A stretch of 64,000 bases of DNA from an uncultured Muribaculaceae bacterium. GTDB lineage: Bacteria; Bacillota_I; Bacilli_A; RF39; UBA660. The stretch spans positions 772 to 64,771 of the forward strand of contig CAYJFL010000001.1 in NCBI GenBank assembly GCA_964369865.1, in the 5' to 3' direction. The position numbers were made by a program, and so were the translations under genes. Of this stretch, positions 20,850-29,532 are shown in pieces. A model generated the notes under the pieces. The model did not search any database, was not told the origin of the DNA, and saw only the letters and a program-made list of their open reading frames with translations. Positions within the stretch are counted from its first letter, which is position 1; every line of letters begins with the position of its first letter.

Positions 20850-21179
20850 TTATAAAAATTTACTTGTAAAATCAAACTCATCACTAACCTCATACATATA
20901 ATCATACAATTTAAATTGTTTTAGCTTTTCTCTAATACTATTCTCATTAATATGACAAATAAAAGATTTAGTTTTCTTTGCTTCTTTTTTTAATAGTTCA
21001 ACTCCATCTTCATCAATACTTCTAATACTTAAAAAATTATATATTACCATCTTTACTTGGCAACTATCTATAAAATCACTAACTTCTTTTTTAAATATAC
21101 TTTTTGTCTTATATGTTAATTCACCAATCAATCTAACAAACATAATTCCTTTTTTAAAACTAACTGTTATATTAAGCAA
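20850..21179 (-). CDS. spoIIAA: STAS-domain anti-sigma-factor antagonist (SpoIIAA-like)
   Basis: 109 aa STAS fold pattern (LIGELTYKT...MVIYNFLSIRSIDEDGVELL), 9 nt upstream of the sigma gene. Confidence 0.65.
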   Translation of the reverse strand: MLNITVSFKKGIMFVRLIGELTYKTKSIFKKEVSDFIDSCQVKMVIYNFLSIRSIDEDGVELLKKEAKKTKSFICHINENSIREKLKQFKLYDYMYEVSDEFDFTSKFL

Positions 21180-21262
21180 ATTATCACCTCGTACATTTAA
21201 TTTAGCACAGCAATTTAATTAATTATACGCATTCGACAAAACTAGAAGAATATTTCAAACGA

Positions 21263-21285
21263 CAAAAAAACAGCTTTAAGCTGTT
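21263..21285 (-). terminator. Rho-independent terminator at the end of the tail-collar gene
   Basis: aacagc-tttaa-gctgtt hairpin plus a U-run on the minus transcript. Confidence 0.5.
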
Positions 21286-21995
21286 CTTCTCCAAATATAA
21301 TATGTAATATATGGTGCGTAGGAACTAGAAGAGCTAGTATTCCCAGAAGTAGTTGTAGCATGGTTTACTCTAGAAGATGATATATTAGAAACTATGGAAG
21401 TTGATCTTATCCCATAAGTATATGTCACTCCAGTTTTATTAGCGGCTGCATAACCAATAGCTCCAACATCGTTATCAAACGCTCCTATATTAGCAACAAT
21501 TGTACCACTAGAATGAGTATGCGTTGCTGAACCTCCTGTTTTTAAAGAAGAATTAAAAGAACTTTGACTTTCATCTACTCCAACAATAGTTCTCCCTGCA
21601 CCTGATCTTATCCATGTACCACCTAAAAATGTTTGTGGAGAAACATTATTTGCACTTAGATAAACACTACCAACAGGATAAATTTTATTAAGCATTGTTG
21701 TACTGATTCCGTTCCAATTATTTGTCATTTGTGAAATTTGATTGTTTGCTGATGATAACTGCGCTTTAGTTTCATCTAGTTCTTTTTCCATTTCATTTAC
21801 TAAAATTGATAATTCTTCATTAGTATATACTTTATTATTCGCATCTACTTGTTCTACTAGTTCAGTGTTTATATCATCAAGAACTACTTTTCTATTATTA
21901 AGCATAAATAATATTTGTACAGTAAAAAAAGTTACTATAATTAGTAATGGGTATATTACTCCACTTATTGCAAATCCCTTATTATTCTTTTTCAT
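21276..21995 (-). CDS. Membrane-anchored protein with a C-terminal phage tail-collar (MdpB-like) domain
   Basis: 239 aa: N-terminal hydrophobic segment with a prepilin-like KG|FAISGV junction, a coiled coil, then PVGSVY...FLGGTW...GRTIVGV...TGGSATHTHSSGT and a Gly/Ser-rich tail, which together match the tail-collar/MdpB signature. Confidence 0.55.
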   Translation of the reverse strand: MKKNNKGFAISGVIYPLLIIVTFFTVQILFMLNNRKVVLDDINTELVEQVDANNKVYTNEELSILVNEMEKELDETKAQLSSANNQISQMTNNWNGISTTMLNKIYPVGSVYLSANNVSPQTFLGGTWIRSGAGRTIVGVDESQSSFNSSLKTGGSATHTHSSGTIVANIGAFDNDVGAIGYAAANKTGVTYTYGIRSTSIVSNISSSRVNHATTTSGNTSSSSSYAPYITYYIWRRTA

Positions 21996-22066
21996 AATAG
22001 CCTCCTACTTTATATTAAAATTATAATATATATTTAATAATTAAGCAAATAAAAAAACTAATTAAA

Positions 22067-23704
22067 TTAGTTTTTTAAAAATTTATTTAATAATGGTACT
22101 CTATTTAATTTATTTCCAAATATTTCATTAACAATACCACTTTTTATAATACAAGTAATATATATTATACTTCCTATTAAACCATAAATTATAATAATAA
22201 ATATAGAACTTAATCTATCAAATACTTCTATACTAATAAATAAATTAAGTATTAATAAACTTACATACATAATACCTACACTTAATATTGTTTTTATAAA
22301 TATAGTAAATGTTGGTAAGAAATTACATTTATATTTTCTATTTAAATTTACTAATAAGAATATACAAGATACTATTTGAGTTAAAGCTGTAGTTATACTA
22401 GGAGCATAATACGCTTCTATTCCTATATAAGTAAATAAAGTCATCATTGGAACATTTAAAATCATTTTAGCAATTAAATTACCTATTATTAATTTAAATG
22501 TAAATTTTGTATTATTAATAGTTTGATTAATTGTTATCAAGATTGTTAAAAATGAATATGTCATAGCTGGTATTATATAAACACTAAATATATCAATACT
22601 TAATTGATCATGACCATAAAATATAGTCCATAATGGTCCGCTTAATAAACTCATTCCTACTACTAATGGTATAGTTGTTAATATTAATGCTTGTAATGTC
22701 TTATTTATTTTTATATTTAAATCTTTATAATCTTTTTTTACAAATGATTCAGCAACATTAGGAATTAAACTAGTTGATATTCCTAATGCTATTGAAACTA
22801 TAATCATATTCAGTTTAGTCCCCCATGTAGTTAAAACTCCTATTGTAAGTTCTGCCACTTGAGTAGAATAATTTAAACCATATAAAGTATTTACTACAGT
22901 TAAAGTATCTACTATACCATAAGCTGAATTCATAAAATCTATAAACACGAATGGTAATGCATAATATATTATTTTTTTAAGTAACATTTTATTTGTTATT
23001 TTTTTCTCAGCTTCTTTTGGATAATTATCTCTTTTTAATTTACTACGATTCTTTTTTAAAACTCTTAGTAAATAGAAATAAGCAATTAAACATCCTAATG
23101 TTGCTGCGAACACGGAAATACCTACTGCTGTATCAATTGATAAACTAAATACTTCAATAGTAAGGAAAGAACCTACAATTATTACTATTACTCTTACTAA
23201 TTGTTCAATAACATTAGCCATACTGGCTGGTTTTATAAATTTTTGCCCTTGTAAATATCCTTGAGTTACACTCTCTATTGGTACTATCAATAAAGCCGTA
23301 CCTACTATTCTAATTACAAAAGTAACACTCTCTACTGTATTACCATCTGTTGCATCTCCTAATATTATTTTAGCTATCATTGGAGCAAAGATAAGTAATA
23401 TTAAAAAGAAAAATAATCCTAATAAAGATATTACTATACAACCTATTTTAAATATTCTTTCTTTAGTATATTGATAATCCAGTGCTGTATATTCACTAAT
23501 AACTTTACTCATAGCAATAGGTATACCACTATTAGATAAACTTAGGAATATAGCATATATAGAGTAAGCATAACTATATAATGCTCCTCCTTGGACTCCA
23601 ATTATACTATAAAAAGGAATAACATAAAATAAACCTATTATTTTACATGCAAAAATAGCAACAGTTGCTATCATTGCACCTTCAAAAAAACTATTTTTCT
23701 TCAT
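22067..23704 (-). CDS. MOP-superfamily flippase (MurJ/SpoVB-like polysaccharide or lipid II flippase)
   Basis: 545 aa with 12-14 TM helices. The N-terminal region matches the SpoVB/MurJ family pattern. Confidence 0.7.
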   Translation of the reverse strand: MKKNSFFEGAMIATVAIFACKIIGLFYVIPFYSIIGVQGGALYSYAYSIYAIFLSLSNSGIPIAMSKVISEYTALDYQYTKERIFKIGCIVISLLGLFFFLILLIFAPMIAKIILGDATDGNTVESVTFVIRIVGTALLIVPIESVTQGYLQGQKFIKPASMANVIEQLVRVIVIIVGSFLTIEVFSLSIDTAVGISVFAATLGCLIAYFYLLRVLKKNRSKLKRDNYPKEAEKKITNKMLLKKIIYYALPFVFIDFMNSAYGIVDTLTVVNTLYGLNYSTQVAELTIGVLTTWGTKLNMIIVSIALGISTSLIPNVAESFVKKDYKDLNIKINKTLQALILTTIPLVVGMSLLSGPLWTIFYGHDQLSIDIFSVYIIPAMTYSFLTILITINQTINNTKFTFKLIIGNLIAKMILNVPMMTLFTYIGIEAYYAPSITTALTQIVSCIFLLVNLNRKYKCNFLPTFTIFIKTILSVGIMYVSLLILNLFISIEVFDRLSSIFIIIIYGLIGSIIYITCIIKSGIVNEIFGNKLNRVPLLNKFLKN

Positions 23705-23708
23705 TCAT

Positions 23709-23885
23709 TCACTTCCTTTGATACATAATTAAGGCAGAAAAACAATATATTTGTTCTTCTCCACAAACTCCCATTGCTACATTATATTTAATGTCTACAA
23801 TTTCATCATCTAAATTTTCTAAGAAATTATTTACTGCTTTTTGTAAATCAAGTTCATGCGCTTCATCAATTATTTTAACTTTCAT
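23709..23885 (-). CDS. Small sporulation protein, Cse60-like (58 aa); not in the supplied ORF track
   Basis: Manual translation gives MKVKIIDEAHELDLQKAVNNFLENLDDEIVDIKYNVAMGVCGEEQIYCFSALIMYQRK. The V-K-x-x-D-x-x-H-E-x-D-L-x-x-x-V-N-x-F-L pattern resembles the Cse60/YteV family. Confidence 0.5.
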   Translation of the reverse strand: MKVKIIDEAHELDLQKAVNNFLENLDDEIVDIKYNVAMGVCGEEQIYCFSALIMYQRK

Positions 23886-23947
23886 TTTATCACCAAATTA
23901 ATCATAACTTGATAACTTGTTTTATTTTATCATATTTTGTCAAACTT

Positions 23948-25165
23948 TTAATATTTTTCGTATCTTCCACCAAATGGATCAACATAACCACCTGTCCATG
24001 GGAAATTAATAATATTTCTAGGATCAAAAGTATTACCTAAATATGTATTCCATCCTGTATAATCTTTTAAATAATGTCCACTTGAAATACCAAAATGTAA
24101 ATGAGCTCCTGTACTACATTTATCCCAGTACTCTAACCTAGAATCTCCACCCATAGTTCCTATTACTGTATTTTTAGTAACCACTTGTCCATCCTCTACA
24201 TTAATAGTTCTTAAATGGGCATATTCAGTAGTATACTTACGTCCGTTTACTTCGTGAAGTATAAATACAATGTTACCACCACAAGATGTACGATCTAAAG
24301 TGGCAATAACTAACCCATTAGCTGCAGAATAAATATTACCTGTTTTAGAACTAGTACTAATATCAATCCCCGCATGGAGTCCACAACTTCCTAATAAACA
24401 ACGATAACCATATTCACTAGTAACATAAGCATTTTCCATAGGTCTTAAAAAAGCTGTATCACTTGGCAGTTTATTACCACATGTTTCAATATTTTCATGA
24501 TCTTTACATCCGATTTCTTCTAAAGTTTCAATCGCATCTTTTTGTAACCTAATCTCTTCAGCTACATCTATTTTAATAGTTGCGATAGACGCTAAATCAG
24601 CATCTAATTTTGCTATTTCTTCATTTAATCTATTTTTATCTGCTTGTAATTTTTCTTGAGTAGCTTTTAACTCTTCAGTTTTAAGTTTATTTTCCTCAAT
24701 TAATCTTTCACTATCTTCAATTAACTGTTCATTATATTTAGCTAACTGCTCACTAACAGATACACGGTAAATAAAATCAGTTAAATTATCAGCTCCAAAA
24801 GCATAATTTAAATAAGTATTACTACCATTATTTTTTTGTGAAAAATTAACTATATTTTTAAGTTCTTCTTCTTTTTTTTCAATTTCTTTAGTTAACTCTT
24901 CAATTTCTAAAGCTAACTTATTCATATCTTCTTCAGCTTTAGATACATCTTTTTCAATTTGAATGATAGTTTCATTATTAATTAATAATTGATTTTCTTT
25001 ATTATCTTCTTCAGCTAGCGCATTATTATATTCTTCTTCTTTAACACGTAATTCTTCTTTTAGTTCAGCAAGTGTTTTAGCACTAACATCTACTGTTGGT
25101 ATTATAGAAATAGTAATCACTACAAAAACAAATAATAATATACTTAATCTTTTAATTTCTTTCAT
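23948..25165 (-). CDS. M23 family metallopeptidase with an N-terminal signal peptide and long coiled coil (EnvC/SpoIIQ-type architecture)
   Basis: 405 aa with the HxxxD motif (CGLHAGIDIS) and HxH motif (GAHLHFGIS) in the C-terminal LytM domain. The N-terminal 230 aa are Glu/Lys-rich heptads. Confidence 0.8.
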   Translation of the reverse strand: MKEIKRLSILLFVFVVITISIIPTVDVSAKTLAELKEELRVKEEEYNNALAEEDNKENQLLINNETIIQIEKDVSKAEEDMNKLALEIEELTKEIEKKEEELKNIVNFSQKNNGSNTYLNYAFGADNLTDFIYRVSVSEQLAKYNEQLIEDSERLIEENKLKTEELKATQEKLQADKNRLNEEIAKLDADLASIATIKIDVAEEIRLQKDAIETLEEIGCKDHENIETCGNKLPSDTAFLRPMENAYVTSEYGYRCLLGSCGLHAGIDISTSSKTGNIYSAANGLVIATLDRTSCGGNIVFILHEVNGRKYTTEYAHLRTINVEDGQVVTKNTVIGTMGGDSRLEYWDKCSTGAHLHFGISSGHYLKDYTGWNTYLGNTFDPRNIINFPWTGGYVDPFGGRYEKY

Positions 25166-25167
25166 AA

Positions 25168-25803
25168 TTACTCCTTTAACATTTTTCTTATCTTTTTATA
25201 ATCACTACAATATTTTTCAACTACATTCCAAAATTCTTTTGAATGGTTAAAGTGTATAAAATGAGCTAATTCGTGAATTATAACATAATCTAAACAATCT
25301 ATTTCATATTTAATTAAATTTGAATTTAAAGTAACTGTATTATTGGCTCTATTACATACTCCCCATCTTGTTTTCATAGTTCTAATTCTTAAATTAGGAA
25401 AAGGAATTTTTTCTTCAAACAATTCATACATTTCTTCTAATCGTTTAACAAATATTTTCTTAGTTTCACTTTTTAACCATTTTTCTAAATGAGTATTACT
25501 TGGTATATAAATATTACTATCAATAATTTCTATTTTTTTAAGATTTGACATTGTTATTATATCATAAACTTTTCCAAACAAATAAAATGACTCTTCTCTT
25601 TTATTTCTAACTTGTTTCTTTTTAACCATAGTTCTAATAGCTGCTTCATTATCAGATATAAGTTTCATAATAGAAGTTTTTGTTGTAAATCTAGATGTTG
25701 TTACAAATATTACATTATTATCTTTTAATCTAATATATGTATTTTTATTTTTCTTTCTAACAATTTCAACTTGATAAGTTATATCATCTATTGTATAAGT
25801 CAT
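25168..25803 (-). CDS. YgjP-like (DUF45/SprT-like) metal-dependent hydrolase
   Basis: 211 aa with C-terminal HELAHFIHFNHSKEFW, the family-defining HExxH...NHS..FW motif. Confidence 0.7.
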   Translation of the reverse strand: MTYTIDDITYQVEIVRKKNKNTYIRLKDNNVIFVTTSRFTTKTSIMKLISDNEAAIRTMVKKKQVRNKREESFYLFGKVYDIITMSNLKKIEIIDSNIYIPSNTHLEKWLKSETKKIFVKRLEEMYELFEEKIPFPNLRIRTMKTRWGVCNRANNTVTLNSNLIKYEIDCLDYVIIHELAHFIHFNHSKEFWNVVEKYCSDYKKIRKMLKE

Positions 25804-25869
25804 ATAATCACCTACTATTATAGTATCATATCTATATATAATAAAAAAGCATTTGATTAAATGCTTTTA

Positions 25870-27042
25870 TTAAAATATTAAACTACCTTTAAATATATCA
25901 CTTATAGTATTTGTAAATAAATTAAATATATTAGCTTTCTTCACATCACTAGTAACGGTTAAACACATCTTTATATCATCTCTGCCAGATATTTTAACAG
26001 TCATGCATCCTACTTCATCTCCTACTTTTACTGGCGCTTTAATAGTTTCAACATCTATTTCATATTTACTAGTTAAATCTTTTTCATTTTTTCTAATTAC
26101 CACATTAACATCTTTAATAGGTTTTATTGAAGCATATTTTTCTACTCCTTTATCAACTAGTACTTTACCTAGTTCTTCACTACTATCTACTATAGTTTGT
26201 ATTTTATAATTATTAAATCCGTAATTAAGTAGTTCTGTAGTTTCTGCATTTCTAATTTCACTTGATGATGAACCCATAATTACAGTAATAAGTCTCATAT
26301 CATTTTTCTTAGCAGTACTAGTTAAACAATATCCTGCTTCTTCGGTATACCCAGTTTTTAATCCATCTACACCATCATAAAATCTAACTAATTTATTTGT
26401 ATTAACTAACCAAATTTTACGATCAGTATCCTCTCTTAAATAATCTTCATATATACTAGAATATTCTAAAACTAATTCATGATCTACTAATTCCTTAGCT
26501 ATTATACTCATATCATTAGCTGTTGAATAATGATTTACAGCATCCAAACCATGACAATTTATAAAGTTAGTATTCTTAAGACCTAATTCTTTTGCCTTTT
26601 CATTCATCATTTTAACAAACTCTTCTTCACTACCAGCTATATATTCAGCCATCGCCACAGTCGCATCATTTCCACTCGCAATTGCTATTCCTTTGATTAA
26701 ATCATCAACACTCATCTGTTCATTAGTTTCTAACAATATCTGACTTCCACCCATACTTGATGCATTTTCACTTACTGTAACTATATCATTTAAATTAATA
26801 ATCTTATCTTCAATCGACTCCATAATAATAAGTAGACTCATCATTTTTGTCATACTAGCAGGTGCAAGTTTAGTATCACTTTCTCTTTCAAACAACACTT
26901 CTCCTGTACTTGCTTCAATCATAATTACACTTTTACTTTCTAACGCTAATGAAGCTTCATTATCAACTGATATCGCAGTATCTGCTAGTACAATACTTGG
27001 TAGTAAACAAAACACTACTAATATCTTACTTAATACTTTCAT
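25870..27042 (-). CDS. dacB: Serine-type D-Ala-D-Ala carboxypeptidase (PBP5/DacA/DacB class)
   Basis: 390 aa with a signal peptide, SxxK (ASMTKMMS), SGN (ASGNDA), KTG (LKTGYT) and a C-terminal PBP5 beta-sandwich domain. Confidence 0.88.
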   Translation of the reverse strand: MKVLSKILVVFCLLPSIVLADTAISVDNEASLALESKSVIMIEASTGEVLFERESDTKLAPASMTKMMSLLIIMESIEDKIINLNDIVTVSENASSMGGSQILLETNEQMSVDDLIKGIAIASGNDATVAMAEYIAGSEEEFVKMMNEKAKELGLKNTNFINCHGLDAVNHYSTANDMSIIAKELVDHELVLEYSSIYEDYLREDTDRKIWLVNTNKLVRFYDGVDGLKTGYTEEAGYCLTSTAKKNDMRLITVIMGSSSSEIRNAETTELLNYGFNNYKIQTIVDSSEELGKVLVDKGVEKYASIKPIKDVNVVIRKNEKDLTSKYEIDVETIKAPVKVGDEVGCMTVKISGRDDIKMCLTVTSDVKKANIFNLFTNTISDIFKGSLIF

Positions 27043-27091
27043 AATTCACCTCTACTTAAAAATATGAAATAGAAGTTATATTATTCAATAA

Positions 27092-27583
27092 TTATTTACT
27101 AAAATAACCATTAATAACTCTTTTAGTATTATTAACACTGATAAAAGCTTTTTTATCATATTTATTAATCACCTGATAAAGTTCTTTCATTTTATTTTTA
27201 TCAGTTTGAATAAAAAGCATATATTTATTATTATCCACTTTTACATTAGTAACGCCATACCCTCTACTTTTTAATTCTTTAACTAGAATTTTAGATGTTA
27301 CTACTTGAATTCCATATATTTCATTAATAAATTTTTCAGATAATATACTACCTACAAAAGTACCTACAGCATAACCTAAACAATAACCAATCACAATAAT
27401 TATATTATTACTATTTTCAAGTGCATCCCTTGCGATTAAAAACCACACTAACATTTCAAAAAACGCAAGAGATGAGGCTAACTTACTATTACCTCTACTT
27501 AAAAAAATAATTCTTATACTACCAATCGAAACATCTAAAATGCGTGCTAAAAATATAAAAAAAGCTGAGAATATAATTTCCAT
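27092..27583 (-). CDS. UPF0316 family membrane protein (DUF2179)
   Basis: About 164 aa with 3-4 TM helices then RGYGVTNV...KAFISV...INGYF, matching UPF0316 (B. subtilis YebE-like). Confidence 0.65.
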   Translation of the reverse strand: MEIIFSAFFIFLARILDVSIGSIRIIFLSRGNSKLASSLAFFEMLVWFLIARDALENSNNIIIVIGYCLGYAVGTFVGSILSEKFINEIYGIQVVTSKILVKELKSRGYGVTNVKVDNNKYMLFIQTDKNKMKELYQVINKYDKKAFISVNNTKRVINGYFSK

Positions 27584-27675
27584 AGTATCACCTTTAATAT
27601 TATTAATCATAATACTTCTTTTATACTTCTTGTCAACAACTACATTTTTATATATAATTTATTATAGGTGGTACT

Positions 27676-28626
27676 ATGAAAAAAAAGAAAAAATTTAAAA
27701 TGTCTAAAAGAGGTAAAATAGCAATAATTATATTTATATTTATTATTTTAATAATGAATTCTATCATAAGTTCTATTTTATACACTTTTAGTGACACTTA
27801 TAAATTATTAGAACTTGATTATACTGAAGAAGAAGTTGAAACTATTTTAAATAAAACTTCTGATAAAGAAGCTAGTTTTATAACTAATTTAGAATATAAT
27901 AAAGAAACACCTATATTTTTAAATCAAAGATATTTTATATTTGATAATTTAGAAAGATATTTAATATATAGTGAAGAACATACTAGTGATGATTTAAAAG
28001 AAGTTGTTAGTTTAGTTAATTCCAATAGAGACATCCTAGCTTACAAAGAAGTTAAAGAAACTGATACATCTTTAGATAATTTAATGTTAGTAAATAAATA
28101 CTATGCTTTAGACGATAAATATGTTCCTGACAATATTGTAAGTGTTTCTAGTGCTCATGCTTATGGTAAAAATTCATTAACTGAACAAACTTATAATGCT
28201 TTTAAAGAAATGAGTAGTGATGCTTCTAAAGAAGATTTAACTTTAATTATTACTTCAGGATATATAAGTTATGATGAACAAGAGGAAATATATAATGATA
28301 TAAAAGAAACTAGTAGTATCGGATATGCTGATACTGTTGCTGCTAGACCTGGACATAGTGAACATCAAACTGGTTTAAGTATTGATCTTACTACTTATAA
28401 ACCTTCTTCAACTAAGTTCAGTGAAACAGATGAATATGAATGGTTAATTGATAACGCTCATAAATATGGTTTTATAATAAGATATCCTGAAGAATCAAAT
28501 CACATAACAGGATTTAATTTTGAATCTGGACATTTTAGATATGTTGGTAAAGATACTGCTACAAAGATAAATAGACTTGATATCACTCTTGATGAATACT
28601 ATGCTTACTATATAGAAAACAAATAA
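27676..28626 (+). CDS. VanY-type D-alanyl-D-alanine carboxypeptidase (peptidase M15B), paralog 1
   Basis: 316 aa with an N-terminal TM, ARPGHSEHQTGLSIDL (SxHxxGxAxD) and ESGHFRYVG (ExxH). Confidence 0.85.
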   Translation: MKKKKKFKMSKRGKIAIIIFIFIILIMNSIISSILYTFSDTYKLLELDYTEEEVETILNKTSDKEASFITNLEYNKETPIFLNQRYFIFDNLERYLIYSEEHTSDDLKEVVSLVNSNRDILAYKEVKETDTSLDNLMLVNKYYALDDKYVPDNIVSVSSAHAYGKNSLTEQTYNAFKEMSSDASKEDLTLIITSGYISYDEQEEIYNDIKETSSIGYADTVAARPGHSEHQTGLSIDLTTYKPSSTKFSETDEYEWLIDNAHKYGFIIRYPEESNHITGFNFESGHFRYVGKDTATKINRLDITLDEYYAYYIENK

Positions 28627-28677
28627 TTTACATTTGTTTTTTTTTATTATCCTAGTATAATAAATATAGGTGATAAT

Positions 28678-29532
28678 ATGAAAAAAATAATAGTAATAAT
28701 AATCATAGTTATAGTAGCTTATTTAGGTTACAATTATTTAAATAAATATCAAGAAAGTTTTTTTAATACTTATAATTCAACTAAAGATACTACTGATAAT
28801 ATTAAAGAAACTGTAGATAATATCAATAATAATAGTATATACGGAACTAGTAAATATTATATTGCAGAAAATGAATTAAGATATCAGGCTTATAATTTAT
28901 TGGAAAGCGATCTTAATAAAGTTGTTAAAGATATTAATAGTAATTTAGATTATACATTTTATGAAACGACTTTTAATAGTGATATAAAAGATAATGAATT
29001 AATATTAGTTAATAAATATTATAAATTAGATAGTAACTATGTTCCTAATAATTTAGTACCAATTAACGGTGAACTTCTTGCTACTAAAGATACTGTTGAA
29101 GCTTATGAAAATATGTTAGCTGATGCTAATAAAATTAATTTAAATTTTTATATTACTAGCGCTTATAGAAGTTATGACTATCAAAGTGATTTATATAATA
29201 ATTATGTTAATACCCACTCTAAAGAATGGGCTGACTCTTACTCAGCACGTCCAGGACATAGTGAACATCAAACTGGTTTAAGTATTGATATTTTAACAAG
29301 TGATAGTGAATTAAGTACTTTTAAAAATACCAAAGAATATCAGTGGCTAGCAAGTAACTCATATAAATATGGTTTTATTCTACGATACTCTTTAGATAAT
29401 TCATATTTAACTGGATATAATGAAGAACCTTGGCACTATAGATACGTTGGAGTTGATGCTGCTACTTATATATATGAAAATAATATAACACTTGAAGAAT
29501 ATTATGCATTTTATGTTAGGAATGATAAATAA
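28678..29532 (+). CDS. VanY-type D-alanyl-D-alanine carboxypeptidase (M15B), paralog 2
   Basis: 284 aa with an N-terminal TM, SARPGHSEHQTGLSIDIL and EPWHYRYVG. The stop overlaps the ATG of the downstream P-type ATPase (taATGa). Confidence 0.85.
   Translation: MKKIIVIIIIVIVAYLGYNYLNKYQESFFNTYNSTKDTTDNIKETVDNINNNSIYGTSKYYIAENELRYQAYNLLESDLNKVVKDINSNLDYTFYETTFNSDIKDNELILVNKYYKLDSNYVPNNLVPINGELLATKDTVEAYENMLADANKINLNFYITSAYRSYDYQSDLYNNYVNTHSKEWADSYSARPGHSEHQTGLSIDILTSDSELSTFKNTKEYQWLASNSYKYGFILRYSLDNSYLTGYNEEPWHYRYVGVDAATYIYENNITLEEYYAFYVRNDK

Noticed and set aside
21276-21995. A prophage or phage remnant, suggested by the tail-collar domain
   Set aside because: No other phage genes (integrase, capsid, terminase, tail tube) are nearby, and the flanks are sporulation genes. 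It is an isolated domain co-option.
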